64,000 nucleotides of DNA from Candidatus Versatilivoraceae bacterium (GCA_965197895.1 OZ240232.1:228211-292210), one strand, 5' to 3'; shown: positions 49,497-60,328, counted from the stretch's first letter. The notes: a model not told the origin generated them from the letters alone. Program-made: numbers and translations.

Positions 49497-51350
49497 TCAA
49501 TGTTCGGATGCGGTCTCGATGGCGACTGCCGGGACCTCACCTTCGGGCTCACGGACCGAATCCACCAGATCCTTTACCTCCTCGCTCGGCTCTCGGCAGA
49601 AGGGCGTCAACCCGAGCGTCACCACAAAGTTGAGGGCCATGCCGATGGTGCCGATTCCCTGTGGGCTGATCCCTTGCTTGAAAAGGCCGAACGTCCAGGG
49701 TGCCATACCCCCGTAGACACTGGCAACGATGTAGAAGCTGGTGAAGGCCAGACCTGTGATCATTCCCATCACGGCCGGAACGGTCCCGACTCGTTTGGTG
49801 AAGATGCCCAGCACGATGGCGGGAAAGAATGATGCCGCCGCCAGACCGAAGGCAAAGGCCACCACCTGGCTCACGAAGCCAGGTGGGAAGATGCCGAAGA
49901 GTCCGGCGACCACCACGGCCACTCCGATCACGCTCCGACCCACCAGCAGGCGCTGTTTCTCGCTGGCGGCGGGGTTGATCACACGAGCGTAGACATCGTG
50001 AGCCACGGCCGAGGAGATGACGAGCAGCAGTCCCGAGGCCGTGGAGAGCGCGGCCGCCAATCCTCCGGCGGCGACCAGCGCCACGATCCAGGGGAAAAGC
50101 TCCGCCATCTCCGGCGTGGCCAGAACGATGATGTCGCGATCCGGACCGGAGAGCTTGGCCTCCCTGAGAACGGGACGCCAATCGCGTCCTTCCGCGCCGC
50201 TCGAAGCAATCCACTCTTGATGACTCCTGGCGATCTGGGCCAGCGACATCGATTCACCGTCAACGACGACCTTTCCGGCCTTGTAGCTGAAGATCTCGTT
50301 GTCCTTACCCGCCGAATAGCGGAGCCGGCGGTCGCCGTCGTCGAGCCACAGAATCAAGCCCGTCTTCTCCCAATTCCGGAACCAATCCGGCAACTGAGCA
50401 GCGGTCCTTCCCTGAACAGAGTCGATCATGTAGTAGCGTGCGAAGGCCCCTGTCGCCGGTGCCGTCAGGTAGAGCAGCGCGATAAAGAACAGGGCCCAGA
50501 AGGCTGAGGAACGAGCTGCCCGGACGGTTCTCACCGTGTAAAAACGCACGATTACATGCGGTAGGCCGGCGGTGCCGGCCATCAGGGCCAGGGTCACGAA
50601 GAAGACGTTGGCCATGTCCCAGGGTCCGTCGAAGGCCGCGGTGTAACTGGAGAACCCGAGGTCGGCGTGGATCCGGTCCAGCTTGTCGAGCAGGTAGCCG
50701 CCCTCCACCAGTTCGGAACCCAAACCGATTTGGGGCAGAGGGTGCCCGGTCAGACGAATGCTGATCGCGATGGCGGGAATGAGGAAGGCGGTGATCAACA
50801 CCCAGTACTGGGCGACCTGCGTCCATGTGATCCCTTTCATGCCTCCTAGCGTGGCATAGACGAAGACGATGCACATTCCGATTGCCACACCCACGTTGAT
50901 GTCTACTTCGAGGAATCGGGAAAAGACCACGCCCACCCCTCGCATCTGTCCGGCAACGTAGGTGAAGCTGACGAAGAGCGCAGAGACCACGGCGACCAGG
51001 CGCGCCGTGTTGGACGCGTAGCGGTCACCGATGAAATCCGGGACCGTGAAGTGACCGAACTTGCGCAGGTAGGGCGCCAGTAGGAGAGCGAGCAGCACGT
51101 AGCCACCTGTCCAGCCCATCAGATACATCCCGCCGGCGTATCCCATGAAGCTGATGAGCCCGGCCATGGAGATAAAGGATGCCGCGCTCATCCAGTCGGC
51201 GGCGGTCGCCATCCCGTTGGCCACCGCCGGCACACCGCGTCCCGCCACGTAAAAGCCCTTGGTGTCGCGAACCCGGCTGATCCAGGCGATGAGCAGGTAG
51301 AGACTGAAGCTCAGCCCGACGAACAGGAACGTCCAGGCGCCAACGGTCAC
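49497..51350 (-). CDS. sodium:solute symporter (SSF) family transporter, ActP/PutP-like with cytoplasmic insert
   Basis: 13-14 TM helices. SSF N-terminal signature GFYVAGRGVPAVANGMATAADWMSAASFISMAGL. Confidence 0.85.
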   Translation of the reverse strand: MTVGAWTFLFVGLSFSLYLLIAWISRVRDTKGFYVAGRGVPAVANGMATAADWMSAASFISMAGLISFMGYAGGMYLMGWTGGYVLLALLLAPYLRKFGHFTVPDFIGDRYASNTARLVAVVSALFVSFTYVAGQMRGVGVVFSRFLEVDINVGVAIGMCIVFVYATLGGMKGITWTQVAQYWVLITAFLIPAIAISIRLTGHPLPQIGLGSELVEGGYLLDKLDRIHADLGFSSYTAAFDGPWDMANVFFVTLALMAGTAGLPHVIVRFYTVRTVRAARSSAFWALFFIALLYLTAPATGAFARYYMIDSVQGRTAAQLPDWFRNWEKTGLILWLDDGDRRLRYSAGKDNEIFSYKAGKVVVDGESMSLAQIARSHQEWIASSGAEGRDWRPVLREAKLSGPDRDIIVLATPEMAELFPWIVALVAAGGLAAALSTASGLLLVISSAVAHDVYARVINPAASEKQRLLVGRSVIGVAVVVAGLFGIFPPGFVSQVVAFAFGLAAASFFPAIVLGIFTKRVGTVPAVMGMITGLAFTSFYIVASVYGGMAPWTFGLFKQGISPQGIGTIGMALNFVVTLGLTPFCREPSEEVKDLVDSVREPEGEVPAVAIETASEH

Positions 51351-51700
51351 TTCTCCTCCTTCCCAGCGCTCTTCTTCAAGAACTCCATCTCAGCGTAGTG
51401 CTTGGCGTCAAGCCGATTGAGTAACAGCGAGTAGATCAGAATAAGGAGGACGAAGACGATGATCGAGCCTTGCTGCGCGAACCAGAACCCCAGGGGGTAG
51501 CCGCCCAATCTGAAGGCGTTGAGAGCATCGGCGAAGAGCACTCCGCAGCCAAGACCGGCAATCGCCCAGATGACCAGGAGTACCGTCATGATCTTCAGGT
51601 TGGAACGCCAGTAGCGCTTCAGAGAATCCCGAACGGGCCCGCTCAGGTGTGGAGCTTTGGGTGAGCCGGATTCTGCGCCCGGCGAATTCTCATGAGACAT
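51347..51700 (-). CDS. DUF4212 small membrane subunit of the SSF transporter
   Basis: ATG 51700 with an AAGGAG SD. RYWRSNLKIMTVLLVIWAIAGLGCGVLFADALN...GFWFAQQGSIIVFVLLILIY matches DUF4212. Its stop overlaps the SSF start. Confidence 0.75.
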   Translation of the reverse strand: MSHENSPGAESGSPKAPHLSGPVRDSLKRYWRSNLKIMTVLLVIWAIAGLGCGVLFADALNAFRLGGYPLGFWFAQQGSIIVFVLLILIYSLLLNRLDAKHYAEMEFLKKSAGKEEK

Positions 51701-52233
51701 GGTTCTCCTTCGGGTGAGCTGGAGATTCAACGGAAGAACGCACATGTTACCAGCATCATCCCTTGAGGTAAACGGACAGGGTTATCCGGCGGATCGCTTT
51801 CTGAAGCTGCTGGCAGCCATTTTGGACAGGGCGAAATCCGATGCGTTTCTGGTGCGAATGAAAATCTCTGCGACAGTCTCCACGTCCAAGTCGGCATTCA
51901 ATCCGACGAGGCCGAGGGAGTTGTTGCGGATACTTCGAAGGCGCCCACTGCCGTCTTAGATCTTGCCCCTGTCAACACCCCAATTCACTTTGCTTGGGTT
52001 TCGGATCAGATCAGGACAGGGGCAACTCGATAGACCTGGAGAATCTATTGCCTTTGTAAGCAATTACTTATGAAATTTTAATGACAGCGGTGAGCGCAGT
52101 ATGGAACACTCTGAACTTTCGTGGTTTGGAGAAAACCGACCGTTTGCACAGCATCGGCCGTTCGACCCCGCTTGGTGACCAAGCCGTCGATCGAGGCCGA
52201 ATTCCCCGAAGAACAAAGGAGCCTGGACCAACG

Positions 52234-53958
52234 ATGAAACGCCGACATTTTCTGACGACGATGGGAGCTATGGCTCCCGGGGCTTTAGCCACACCTTTTG
52301 TGTCTCCGTCCGTGGCTGATCCGACACCATCCAAGAACCCCGAGGTGACCGGCGAGCCGCGTGTTTTCGTTTTCGATGACGGGCGTCACGCCGCAGATTT
52401 GTACTGTTTTGAACCCCCGGTCTCGCCGGCCGATCATGCCTATATCGTTGACCAGATCGCCAGCAGTGGCGCGGACGCTTTGGTCTATTTCGCCGGCGTT
52501 GAAGGCGGAACCGTGCTCTACGATAGCAAGGTGGCTCAGCTCTGGGGAGCTGAGGTGAAGCAGTGGACGCATTATGTGTGGTATCGAGCAGGACGGAGTT
52601 TGAGGCAACTCATCGATGAGGGCCATGATCCTCTCAAGATTCTGGTGGACCGCTGTCACCAGACAGGGATTCTGATGATTGCCAGTGCCTGGGTCAGTCT
52701 TCAAGGGGGAACCCGGGAAGACAACGAAGGCCTGGGCCGATGGGCGGCCTTTGCCATGGACAACCCTCAATTTCACGTCGGGGAAGATCCCGACCCCCGA
52801 GCCCAAGATATCGACAAGGCTCGATTCAATTTCCTGCATCCCGAGGTTCGGGAGGAACGGTTCCGTGTCTTCGAAGAGCTGATTTCGAGGTATGAAACAG
52901 ACGGCGTCGAGTTGCATTTGACCTGGTCCATGCCCTTTTGTCGCTTGGACCAAGTCGCCGAGCTGGCACCCGTCATGACCCAATGGATCCGTGATTTACG
53001 ACAGGTTGCCGATAAAGCCCAGCAGGCCCAGGGTCGCCGCAAGCGTATTTACGCCCGTATCCCGGCCCATCCCCAAGCCTGGAAAATGGTGGGCTACGAG
53101 GTGCCGACCTGGATTTCGGAAAAACTGGTGGACGGTTTCTTTTGCGAAGGCAGTTATACCGAGGACGAAGGAGTGGTGCAGGATGTGGATTGCACTCCGG
53201 TGGTGAAGTTGACGCGAGGGACCGGATCCCGCGCCTACTTTTCCTTCCATAACTCTCTGGGCAGGCAGTTTGCCAGATATGCCACGCCCGAGATGATCTG
53301 GGCCGGTGCCGCCAACGCCTACGATCAAGGTGTGGATGGCATTGCCATGGGCGACCATCATTGGACCCCTTCCGGTTGGCCGTGGACAGCCAAGGAGTAT
53401 GACACCTTGCGGTTGCTGGGCCACCCGGAACTGCTGGCCAGCGCTGACAAATACTATATGGTTCGTACCAGTCGGCAGCGCGACACTGCAATGGATTGGC
53501 TGCCTGGGCGCTCGAAAGCCTTGCCGCAAGAGCTCGGGGAGGGGGAGTCGACCGAGGTCTCTTTCCGCGTGGCGGACGATATTGAGCACTGGCGGAGGCT
53601 GGGACGAATCAAGGCGGTTGTCTTAAGGGTGCGCTTTGGGGGGATTGTTCCGACCGTTGATCAGGTCCGGGTCGAGTTCAACCATCGAGTGCTGCCGGAC
53701 TCCATCTTGCAAAAAGTCGACATGACCTATCGCTTGGTCGGCCAAGATTCCAGCTCGCATTCCATCGGACCCTACGGGTATGCCTATGACTATCACCTGG
53801 GTCCGGAGTTCACGCCCAAACGGGGGCGAAACAGGCTGAAAGTCAAAGTCCTGAAACGAGATCCGGACATTGCGGGGAATCTCTCTCTGGTCAATGTCGA
53901 TTGTAAAATCACCTACCGACTCCATCGTCACTTCGAACAACGGCCCATTGAATATTGA
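52234..53958 (+). CDS. TAT-secreted hypothetical protein (possible glycoside-hydrolase-like TIM barrel)
   Basis: ATG 52234 with an AAGGAG SD. MKRRHFLTTMGAMAPGALATPFVSPSVA is a twin-arginine signal. The domain assignment is tentative. Confidence 0.6.
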   Translation: MKRRHFLTTMGAMAPGALATPFVSPSVADPTPSKNPEVTGEPRVFVFDDGRHAADLYCFEPPVSPADHAYIVDQIASSGADALVYFAGVEGGTVLYDSKVAQLWGAEVKQWTHYVWYRAGRSLRQLIDEGHDPLKILVDRCHQTGILMIASAWVSLQGGTREDNEGLGRWAAFAMDNPQFHVGEDPDPRAQDIDKARFNFLHPEVREERFRVFEELISRYETDGVELHLTWSMPFCRLDQVAELAPVMTQWIRDLRQVADKAQQAQGRRKRIYARIPAHPQAWKMVGYEVPTWISEKLVDGFFCEGSYTEDEGVVQDVDCTPVVKLTRGTGSRAYFSFHNSLGRQFARYATPEMIWAGAANAYDQGVDGIAMGDHHWTPSGWPWTAKEYDTLRLLGHPELLASADKYYMVRTSRQRDTAMDWLPGRSKALPQELGEGESTEVSFRVADDIEHWRRLGRIKAVVLRVRFGGIVPTVDQVRVEFNHRVLPDSILQKVDMTYRLVGQDSSSHSIGPYGYAYDYHLGPEFTPKRGRNRLKVKVLKRDPDIAGNLSLVNVDCKITYRLHRHFEQRPIEY

Positions 53959-53999
53959 ATATTGAACGCTGCCCCCCGTCTCCACTCGGTTGCGGCTCC

Positions 54000-55511
54000 C
54001 TAAATTTTGGTGTGGTAGACGGGTTGGAGTTTCTGCTGGATCTCGAGGTAGAGGTTAAAGAGCGAGCTGTAGCGTTCCTTTCGCTTGGGGTCCGGCGAGA
54101 GGACCTGTGTCTCTTGCCTGGACCGGGCAAGCGGCTGGGAGACGTCGGAGTAGAGACCGATTCCCACCAGTCCGAGAAGGGCTGCCCCGTAAGCAGAGTC
54201 TGTCCCCCGCGAAACGTGTAAGGTCTCGCCAATGACATCACAGACAATCTGCGTCCACAGGCTTCCTGCCGTACCCCCACCAACAGCGGTGATGGTGCCC
54301 CGCCGGACCCCGAGGTCATCCAGCACTGTCAGCGCATCGCGCAGAGAAAAGGCAGTGCCCTCGTAGGCAGCGCGGACAAAGTGCTCGGGACGATGGCTGA
54401 AGGTTGCTCCCGTGAAGCTGGCACGCAGCCGGCTATCCCAGTAGGGGCAGCGCTCTCCTGAAAGGTAGGGGTGAAAGAACAGCCCTTCGGCACCCGGTGG
54501 GATGGCGGCAACCGTCGAATCCCATTCTTGGAAGGTCCGGGGCCGGTCGGAGCCGATGGTGCTGAACACCCAATGGAGAGCGGAAGTGCAGGAGTTGGTG
54601 CCGGCCTGAGAGTACCAGAGCGGGGGCAGGGGGTGCGGGTAGGTGATGAGTCGCGGGTGAGGGCGGGGACCGTCGACCACCAGGTGGATCCCTCCCGCTG
54701 TAGCCAATCTGAGCAAGCAGTCACCGGCTCGAACCACCCCGGCGCCGTAGGTTTCAGCCGCACTGTCCAGGGTCCCGTTGATCACCGGCACGCCGGCGGG
54801 AATTCCGAGCTCCCGGGCCGCAGGTGCCGTCAGTGACCCCACCGGCTCAGTGGAGGGGAGCACCTGGGGAAGTACCTCGGGGGTGAGTCCGAGCGGCTCC
54901 AACAAGCGCTCGGACCAGCGCTCGGCTTCCGCGTCCAGGAGCATGGAGGAAAGGGCCGTTGCCGGATCGGTGGTCTTCCGTCCCGTGAGCCAGCTCGACA
55001 GGTAATCCTTGGAGAGAAGCACCCGACGGACCTTCGACCACAGCTCTCTTTCCTGCCGACGAATCCAGAGGAGCTGAGGCAGGGTCCAGGTTGGAGAAAC
55101 ACTATTGTGGGACTGTCTGAAGATTTCGTCACCCTGCCGCGACTTCAGCTCGTCCACCTCAATTTGGGAGCGCTGGTCATACCACAGGATAGCGTTTCTC
55201 AGAGGGCGGCCGTCAGCGCCGAGCAGTACGGCGATATGGGCGGCGCTGGACAAGGAAATGCCTCCCACAAGCTCAGGGGGAACGGATCTCTCTGACAGAA
55301 GCTCACGGGTCGCTTGGGTCACTGCCGGTATCCAGCGCTCCGGATCCTGCTCCGCCCAGCCGGCACGCGGGGTGATGGTGGGAAAGCCGGCACTGCAGGT
55401 CCCCAGAGGTCTGCCTGAAGCATCGACCGCACAGACCTTGCAGGAAGAGGTGCCCAGGTCGATGCCGATGAGATAGGGTGGATCTCCTGATTGGATTGTG
55501 TCAGTGATCAT
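54000..55511 (-). CDS. FGGY-family carbohydrate kinase (xylulokinase/gluconokinase-like)
   Basis: N-terminal YLIGIDLGTSSCKVCAVDASGRPL. C-terminal GGG.AGS.LWTQI.ADV.G motif. Confidence 0.85.
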   Translation of the reverse strand: MITDTIQSGDPPYLIGIDLGTSSCKVCAVDASGRPLGTCSAGFPTITPRAGWAEQDPERWIPAVTQATRELLSERSVPPELVGGISLSSAAHIAVLLGADGRPLRNAILWYDQRSQIEVDELKSRQGDEIFRQSHNSVSPTWTLPQLLWIRRQERELWSKVRRVLLSKDYLSSWLTGRKTTDPATALSSMLLDAEAERWSERLLEPLGLTPEVLPQVLPSTEPVGSLTAPAARELGIPAGVPVINGTLDSAAETYGAGVVRAGDCLLRLATAGGIHLVVDGPRPHPRLITYPHPLPPLWYSQAGTNSCTSALHWVFSTIGSDRPRTFQEWDSTVAAIPPGAEGLFFHPYLSGERCPYWDSRLRASFTGATFSHRPEHFVRAAYEGTAFSLRDALTVLDDLGVRRGTITAVGGGTAGSLWTQIVCDVIGETLHVSRGTDSAYGAALLGLVGIGLYSDVSQPLARSRQETQVLSPDPKRKERYSSLFNLYLEIQQKLQPVYHTKI

Positions 55512-55839
55512 CGATCAACCTGTTTTCCGACACCAGCAACGTTTCCTTGGCTTCAGATCCCATTGGTAGGGGTTCGGCTACCGAGGTCGGCTGGTAAAGG
55601 TCCGGCTCGGCCTCCCGGTTGTTGGCGGTGAGACAGGTGATGTCCGGGTGCACGCGGTAGTTTTTAAAGGCAGTGGCAGCCCAGGAGGCCGCGGGGGAGA
55701 GTTGTCTCCAACCCCTCAACGACCCTGCCGTTACAAGCAGCATCACCAGAATGAACGCCCGCAAGAAGATGTGCTGGTACAGGTTTTTCACCTCCCTGGG
55801 CAGTTTCGGAAATCTAGACTGGAACGCCGCCGAAGTCAA
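55501..55839 (-). CDS. small hypothetical membrane protein
   Basis: One TM helix; overlaps the FGGY start by 11 bp. Weak support. Confidence 0.3.
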   Translation of the reverse strand: MTSAAFQSRFPKLPREVKNLYQHIFLRAFILVMLLVTAGSLRGWRQLSPAASWAATAFKNYRVHPDITCLTANNREAEPDLYQPTSVAEPLPMGSEAKETLLVSENRLIDDH

Positions 55840-56323
55840 TCTTGTTTAGCTCCAGGAAGCGCCAAGCGATAGCCGCCGAAATGCACAGGCCCGTCATGCG
55901 TTCCTCATGGTTTCCGCGGTCACCTATCCGCCCTCGAACGGCGCCACCGTCGGCCCTCGGGCCTCTAAAGATCAAATCGATCCATGTTACATTCTGTTGC
56001 ACTCCGTCACACTCTGTCGGCATTGGGGAATGCCTCTCAAGTTCGATAACTCGTTGTTACAGAAGAATTATCGTAGACTCACAGCCCCGATTCTGCTGAA
56101 CTCCGTGAGGTATTCGAATTGGACACCCTTTCCCGTTCCTTCGGTCCGGGCCTCCGACCTATTCGCCGACCCACCTTCGGGCTGCGCGCCCGCCTTCGCT
56201 CCTCTTACAGGTAGACGGACAGGCGACTACCCCGGTTTCTTGGCAACGCTATGCTGCTTGAAGACCGAAAGCGGTTCGGAGATACCTCAGGGGATAGGTC
56301 GGTATCAGGGCAAAAGCCGATAG

Positions 56324-56587
56324 GTGACGGTCGAGCGGCCGCTGCGGCTCGCCGTCGATCTGTCTCCGGAACGCCGCGCGTGGTTCCGCGGTGCCTGCGG
56401 CGAAGGGCTGCCCTACGCCCCCGATGCCTGGTACGACCCGGCCAGGGTCAAGACCGGCTACGAGATCAGCTTCACCCGCTACTTCTACCAGTCCCGGCCG
56501 CTGCGCACGTTGGAAGAAATCCGGGTCGACATCCTGGCGCTGGAGCAGGAGACCGAAGGGCTGCTGGATGAAATTATCGGCGGGTAG
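56324..56587 (+). pseudogene. hsdM: type I R-M HsdM C-terminal remnant (last ~70 aa only)
   Basis: VKTGYEISFTRYFYQSRPLRTLEEIRVDILALEQETEGLL is the conserved HsdM C-terminus. No N6_Mtase core lies upstream. Confidence 0.7.
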
Positions 56588-56741
56588 CGTGGGGGTGCTG
56601 TTATTAAATGCAGCCTTTAGTAAGTGCGAATTTCTCTTCCATATTAAACTCAACCTTTACCAAAGCTGTAACGATGCTCTATAGTAAACACAGCCTTTAA
56701 TATGAGCCTTCTAAGTGGCCATACGAAAGCGCCAGTTTACT

Positions 56742-57920
56742 ATGGAAGACCGTTCTCCAACCTCAATCCGAGCAGGGCGATACATCACGCAGCCAGCCGG
56801 CTACAGGACTTTCCTTCCGGCGCCGTTGCCGCCCGACCCGCCCGTCCGGATCACCGGGGGAATACAAGAGCTGCTCTCTCAGGCCGCCCTCGCACTCGGG
56901 CGTCTCGACGGGTCAATCCAAACGCTGCCCAATCCGGATCTGTTCGTTTACATGTACGTCCGCAAAGAGGCGGTGCTATCGAGCCAGATTGAAGGGACGC
57001 AGAGCTCGTTGCAGGATCTGCTAGCGGCTGAAGCGAAGATATTCGCGCCGAATCGAGCGAACGACGTAAACGAAGTGGCGAACTATGTCAAAGCCATGAA
57101 TCACGGGCTGAGAAGGCTGTCTGAGCTACCCGTTTCGGTCCGACTGATCCGCGAAATCCATACAAAACTCCTCCAAGACGTGCGGGGCTCTCATCTCACC
57201 CCCGGCGGGTTGCGAACCAGCCAGAACTGGATCGGACCTGCTGGCTGCACGCTCAGGGAGGCCCTCTTTGTCCCGCCTCAACCCCATCAGGTCGTGCAGG
57301 ATATGTCGCAATTGGAACGGTTTATCCGCGTCGACAAAGGACTGCCTCTATTGATCAAAATCGGATTGGTACACGCCCAATTTGAGACGATCCACCCCTT
57401 CCTGGATGGCAATGGTCGCGTCGGGAGGTTGCTTATCACCTTTCTGCTTTGCGAGCAGGGAGTGTTGCGAAAGCCGGTTCTCTACCTGTCCCATTTCTTC
57501 AAGCAGCACCGACAACAATATTACGAAGAACTGCAATCGGTGCGCGACGCCGGAACCTGGGAACGGTGGCTCACCTTCTTTCTGCGCGGCATTGTGGAGG
57601 TGAGCGGACAGGCTACCGACACGGCACGGCGGATACTCGCTCTCCGCGAAGAGCATCGTCGTATGATCAACGAAAACTTCGGCCGCGCCGTCGGCAACGG
57701 TCACCGCACGCTGGAATATCTCTACGAACACCCGATCGTATCGGTGGGCGACGTGCAGGGTTTAACTGGAACGACGTACCCGGCAGCGAACAATCTGGTC
57801 GCGCGGATGGTCGATAGCCGCATCCTGCACGAGTTTACCGGACAGGCACGCAACCGGGGATTCATGTATCAGAGCTACATTGAACTGTTCCACGAGACTG
57901 GGCCCGAGGCTGACCTCTGA
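56742..57920 (+). CDS. Fic/DOC family protein
   Basis: HPFLDGNGRVGRLL Fic motif. ATG 56742; the track start at 56715 is GTG. Confidence 0.85.
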   Translation: MEDRSPTSIRAGRYITQPAGYRTFLPAPLPPDPPVRITGGIQELLSQAALALGRLDGSIQTLPNPDLFVYMYVRKEAVLSSQIEGTQSSLQDLLAAEAKIFAPNRANDVNEVANYVKAMNHGLRRLSELPVSVRLIREIHTKLLQDVRGSHLTPGGLRTSQNWIGPAGCTLREALFVPPQPHQVVQDMSQLERFIRVDKGLPLLIKIGLVHAQFETIHPFLDGNGRVGRLLITFLLCEQGVLRKPVLYLSHFFKQHRQQYYEELQSVRDAGTWERWLTFFLRGIVEVSGQATDTARRILALREEHRRMINENFGRAVGNGHRTLEYLYEHPIVSVGDVQGLTGTTYPAANNLVARMVDSRILHEFTGQARNRGFMYQSYIELFHETGPEADL

Positions 57921-58109
57921 TCGCCTGCCTCCAACCTTACTCCGCCAAAGCCTACGATCCGCCGTACAAGGCAAGCCAATATGTCTACAGCTATATTCAG
58001 GACAACATCGAAGATTGGGTGGAAGAGGCAATCTGGATTCGCAACTAACTCTGGAATGGAGTAGCACCATGACCGAACACCCGACGCAGTTTAAGGAGGA
58101 CTCACCCGC

Positions 58110-58384
58110 AGTCCAGGCTCATTATTGCCAAGGTGACAGCACAGACATCTCCACTGAGCACTACCATTGACCGTGCCCGTCACCAAATCGAGTTGTTGCG
58201 CGAATACCGCGCCCGCCTGATCGCCGATGTGGTCACCGGCAAGCTGGACATGCGCGAGGCGGCGGCACGGCTGTCTGACGAAACCGAGGCATCTCAACCG
58301 ATGGACAGGTCAGACGCCCTGCCCACTCTCGAAGAAGACGTGATGACTAGCCTCGACTCGATCACTGAAAGCACCGAATCATGA
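58110..58384 (+). pseudogene. hsdS: HsdS 3'-terminal fragment (conserved C-terminal helix only)
   Basis: AKVTAQTSPLSTTIDRARHQIELLREYRARLIADVVTGKLD is ~95% identical at the DNA level over ~150 bp to 61197-61340 in the longer hsdS. Confidence 0.7.
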
Positions 58385-59277
58385 CGAATCACCGGGACCA
58401 CGATTACCTTCTCGGCTTGGTGCGCGAATTGCGCAACTTGCCGTATGAGACTGAATGGGTTGAGTTCAAGGTCAACTACTGGAAACCGCACGCCATCGGA
58501 GAGTATATCTCGGCACTGGCCAACGCCGCGGCTCTCCATGCCAAGATCCACGCATACATGCTCTGGGGGATTGAGAACGGAACGCATGACGTCGTCGGCA
58601 CGGACTTTTCGCCGGACACCGAGAAGAAGGGCAACGAGCCGCTTGAAACGTGGCTGCTGCAACTTCTGAATCCTCGCATTGACTTCCGCTTTCACGAGGT
58701 AACGGCCAGCGGACGGCGCGTCGTGCTCTTGGAGATCGACCGCGCGTCTCAGCACCCGGTCACATTCGAAGGCGTTGAGTACATCCGAGTGGGCGGCACC
58801 ACCAGAAAGCTCAAGGACTATCCCGAGAAGGAACGGGCACTCTGGCGTGTGTTTGACCGGGTGGGCTTCGAAGACGGAATCGCCGCCGAACGGGTGAGCG
58901 ACGAGGATGTTCGGCTCTGCGAGGAGCGCGGCAGCGGGATCGACAAGGTTGTTTTCGAGGTAGAACTTTACCAGTTGCCTGCACCGCTTTTTGAAGCGCC
59001 GGAAGGTTTCACGCGCACCGTCTTGTTCGCACATAGGGCTCTGGCCGACATGGACACAGCGGATCGGGTGCGGGCCTGTTACCTGCACGCCTGCCTGAAA
59101 TACGTGACGCGAGCTTTCCTGACCAACGCATCTCTAAGGGAACGGTTCGGCAACAAGGAGAAAAATAGGGCAGTCGTGTCGCGCTACATCCGAGAGGCGG
59201 TGGACGGAGGTATGATCAAGCCATTTGACGAACATGCCAGCAGGAGGATGATGAAATACGTTTCTTTTTGGGCTTGA
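58381..59277 (+). CDS. AlbA_2 (Schlafen-like divergent AAA) domain protein, putative DNA-binding regulator
   Basis: ETEWVEFKVNYWKPHAIGEYISALANAAALHAKIHAYMLWGIENGTHDVVGT matches the AlbA_2 N-domain. Its ATG overlaps the hsdS-fragment stop (ATGA). Confidence 0.65.
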   Translation: MTNHRDHDYLLGLVRELRNLPYETEWVEFKVNYWKPHAIGEYISALANAAALHAKIHAYMLWGIENGTHDVVGTDFSPDTEKKGNEPLETWLLQLLNPRIDFRFHEVTASGRRVVLLEIDRASQHPVTFEGVEYIRVGGTTRKLKDYPEKERALWRVFDRVGFEDGIAAERVSDEDVRLCEERGSGIDKVVFEVELYQLPAPLFEAPEGFTRTVLFAHRALADMDTADRVRACYLHACLKYVTRAFLTNASLRERFGNKEKNRAVVSRYIREAVDGGMIKPFDEHASRRMMKYVSFWA

Positions 59278-59547
59278 TTGTTGTGAATGGGTCATTGACA
59301 GATAACATGAAAAATAGGCCTGATTTCTCGCAAGTTATTGAATACAAAAATGTTTTTTAATTGATGGGTAATTGATGGAAGGGAAGGTCAGTGGGCTGTG
59401 ATGGCTAAGCAAGTTATTGATTTCATTGAAAAATTGCAAAAACTGCACGACACCGTCTGGTGATGCCGATGAGCCGGTCGGCGTTTCATTGCGTGGTCGC
59501 CGACAATTTCATATATTGTGAATCAGAAGAACTGTGAGACTGTGTTT

Positions 59548-59835
59548 ATGAAAAATATCACCGTATCTGTGGACGAAGAGACCTATCGGCTGTCCCGCGT
59601 CAAGGCGGCGGAACGGGGCACTTCGGTTTCGGCGTTGGTACGTGGCTACCTCAAAACCCTCATCCGCGAGCAAGCCGACGGGCCTAGGGCCAGTGAACAA
59701 GGCATAGAGACCGAGTCCGAACGGCGCCGGCTGTTGAACGAGGTGCTTGCGGACTTTGATGCGCGAGGCGTGGGATTGCGTATGGCTGACAATCTCCCCC
59801 GTGAAGCCCTGTACGACCGCGATGCGCTTCGTTGA
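59548..59835 (+). CDS. vapB: ribbon-helix-helix VapB-like antitoxin
   Basis: ATG 59548 gives MKNITVSVDEETYRLSRVKAAERGTSVSALVRGYL, an RHH fold. Overlaps the downstream PIN gene by 14 bp. Confidence 0.7.
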   Translation: MKNITVSVDEETYRLSRVKAAERGTSVSALVRGYLKTLIREQADGPRASEQGIETESERRRLLNEVLADFDARGVGLRMADNLPREALYDRDALR

Positions 59836-60313
59836 TACCAACGTGTTGCTCTATGCAGTAAGCGTTTTGCCGGAGGATGCCAACAAGCGCCGCCGCGCAC
59901 GCACGCTGCTGACCGAGGCTGACCTTGCGGTATCGGTGCAGGTCCTGCAGGAGTTCTACTATCAGGCGACGCGCCCAAGCCGCTCGGCGCCGCTGACGCA
60001 CGCCGACGCTTTGCTGTTTATGGAACCAATCATGAGCTTCCATGTACAGGCCGTCACACTCGAGGTGTTCCGCGCCGCGCTTTCAATCCGCCAACGCTTC
60101 GGGTTGTCCTATTGGGATAGCGCGATCCTGGCCGCCGCTGAGCTTCAGTGCGATGCTGCAGGCAGCCACCCTGTGGGCGGGAACAGCATCGGCCAAGCCG
60201 AAGGAGAGCCATGGCGCCATTCCCGGTTGATCCAAGTCGGGGAGATGGCCGAGGCTGTGCCGGGCTCTGTGCGGGCGGGACGCCCGCGCTCCCAGGAAGC
60301 CGTCATCCCATGA
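59822..60313 (+). CDS. vapC: PIN-domain VapC-like toxin
   Basis: MRFVDTNVLLYAV...DLAVSVQVLQEFYY...GLSYWDSAILAAA supplies the PIN acidic residues. The C-terminal ~40 aa are atypical, so a possible frameshift. Confidence 0.7.
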   Translation: MRFVDTNVLLYAVSVLPEDANKRRRARTLLTEADLAVSVQVLQEFYYQATRPSRSAPLTHADALLFMEPIMSFHVQAVTLEVFRAALSIRQRFGLSYWDSAILAAAELQCDAAGSHPVGGNSIGQAEGEPWRHSRLIQVGEMAEAVPGSVRAGRPRSQEAVIP

Positions 60314-60328
60314 CATCACTTTTCTGAC

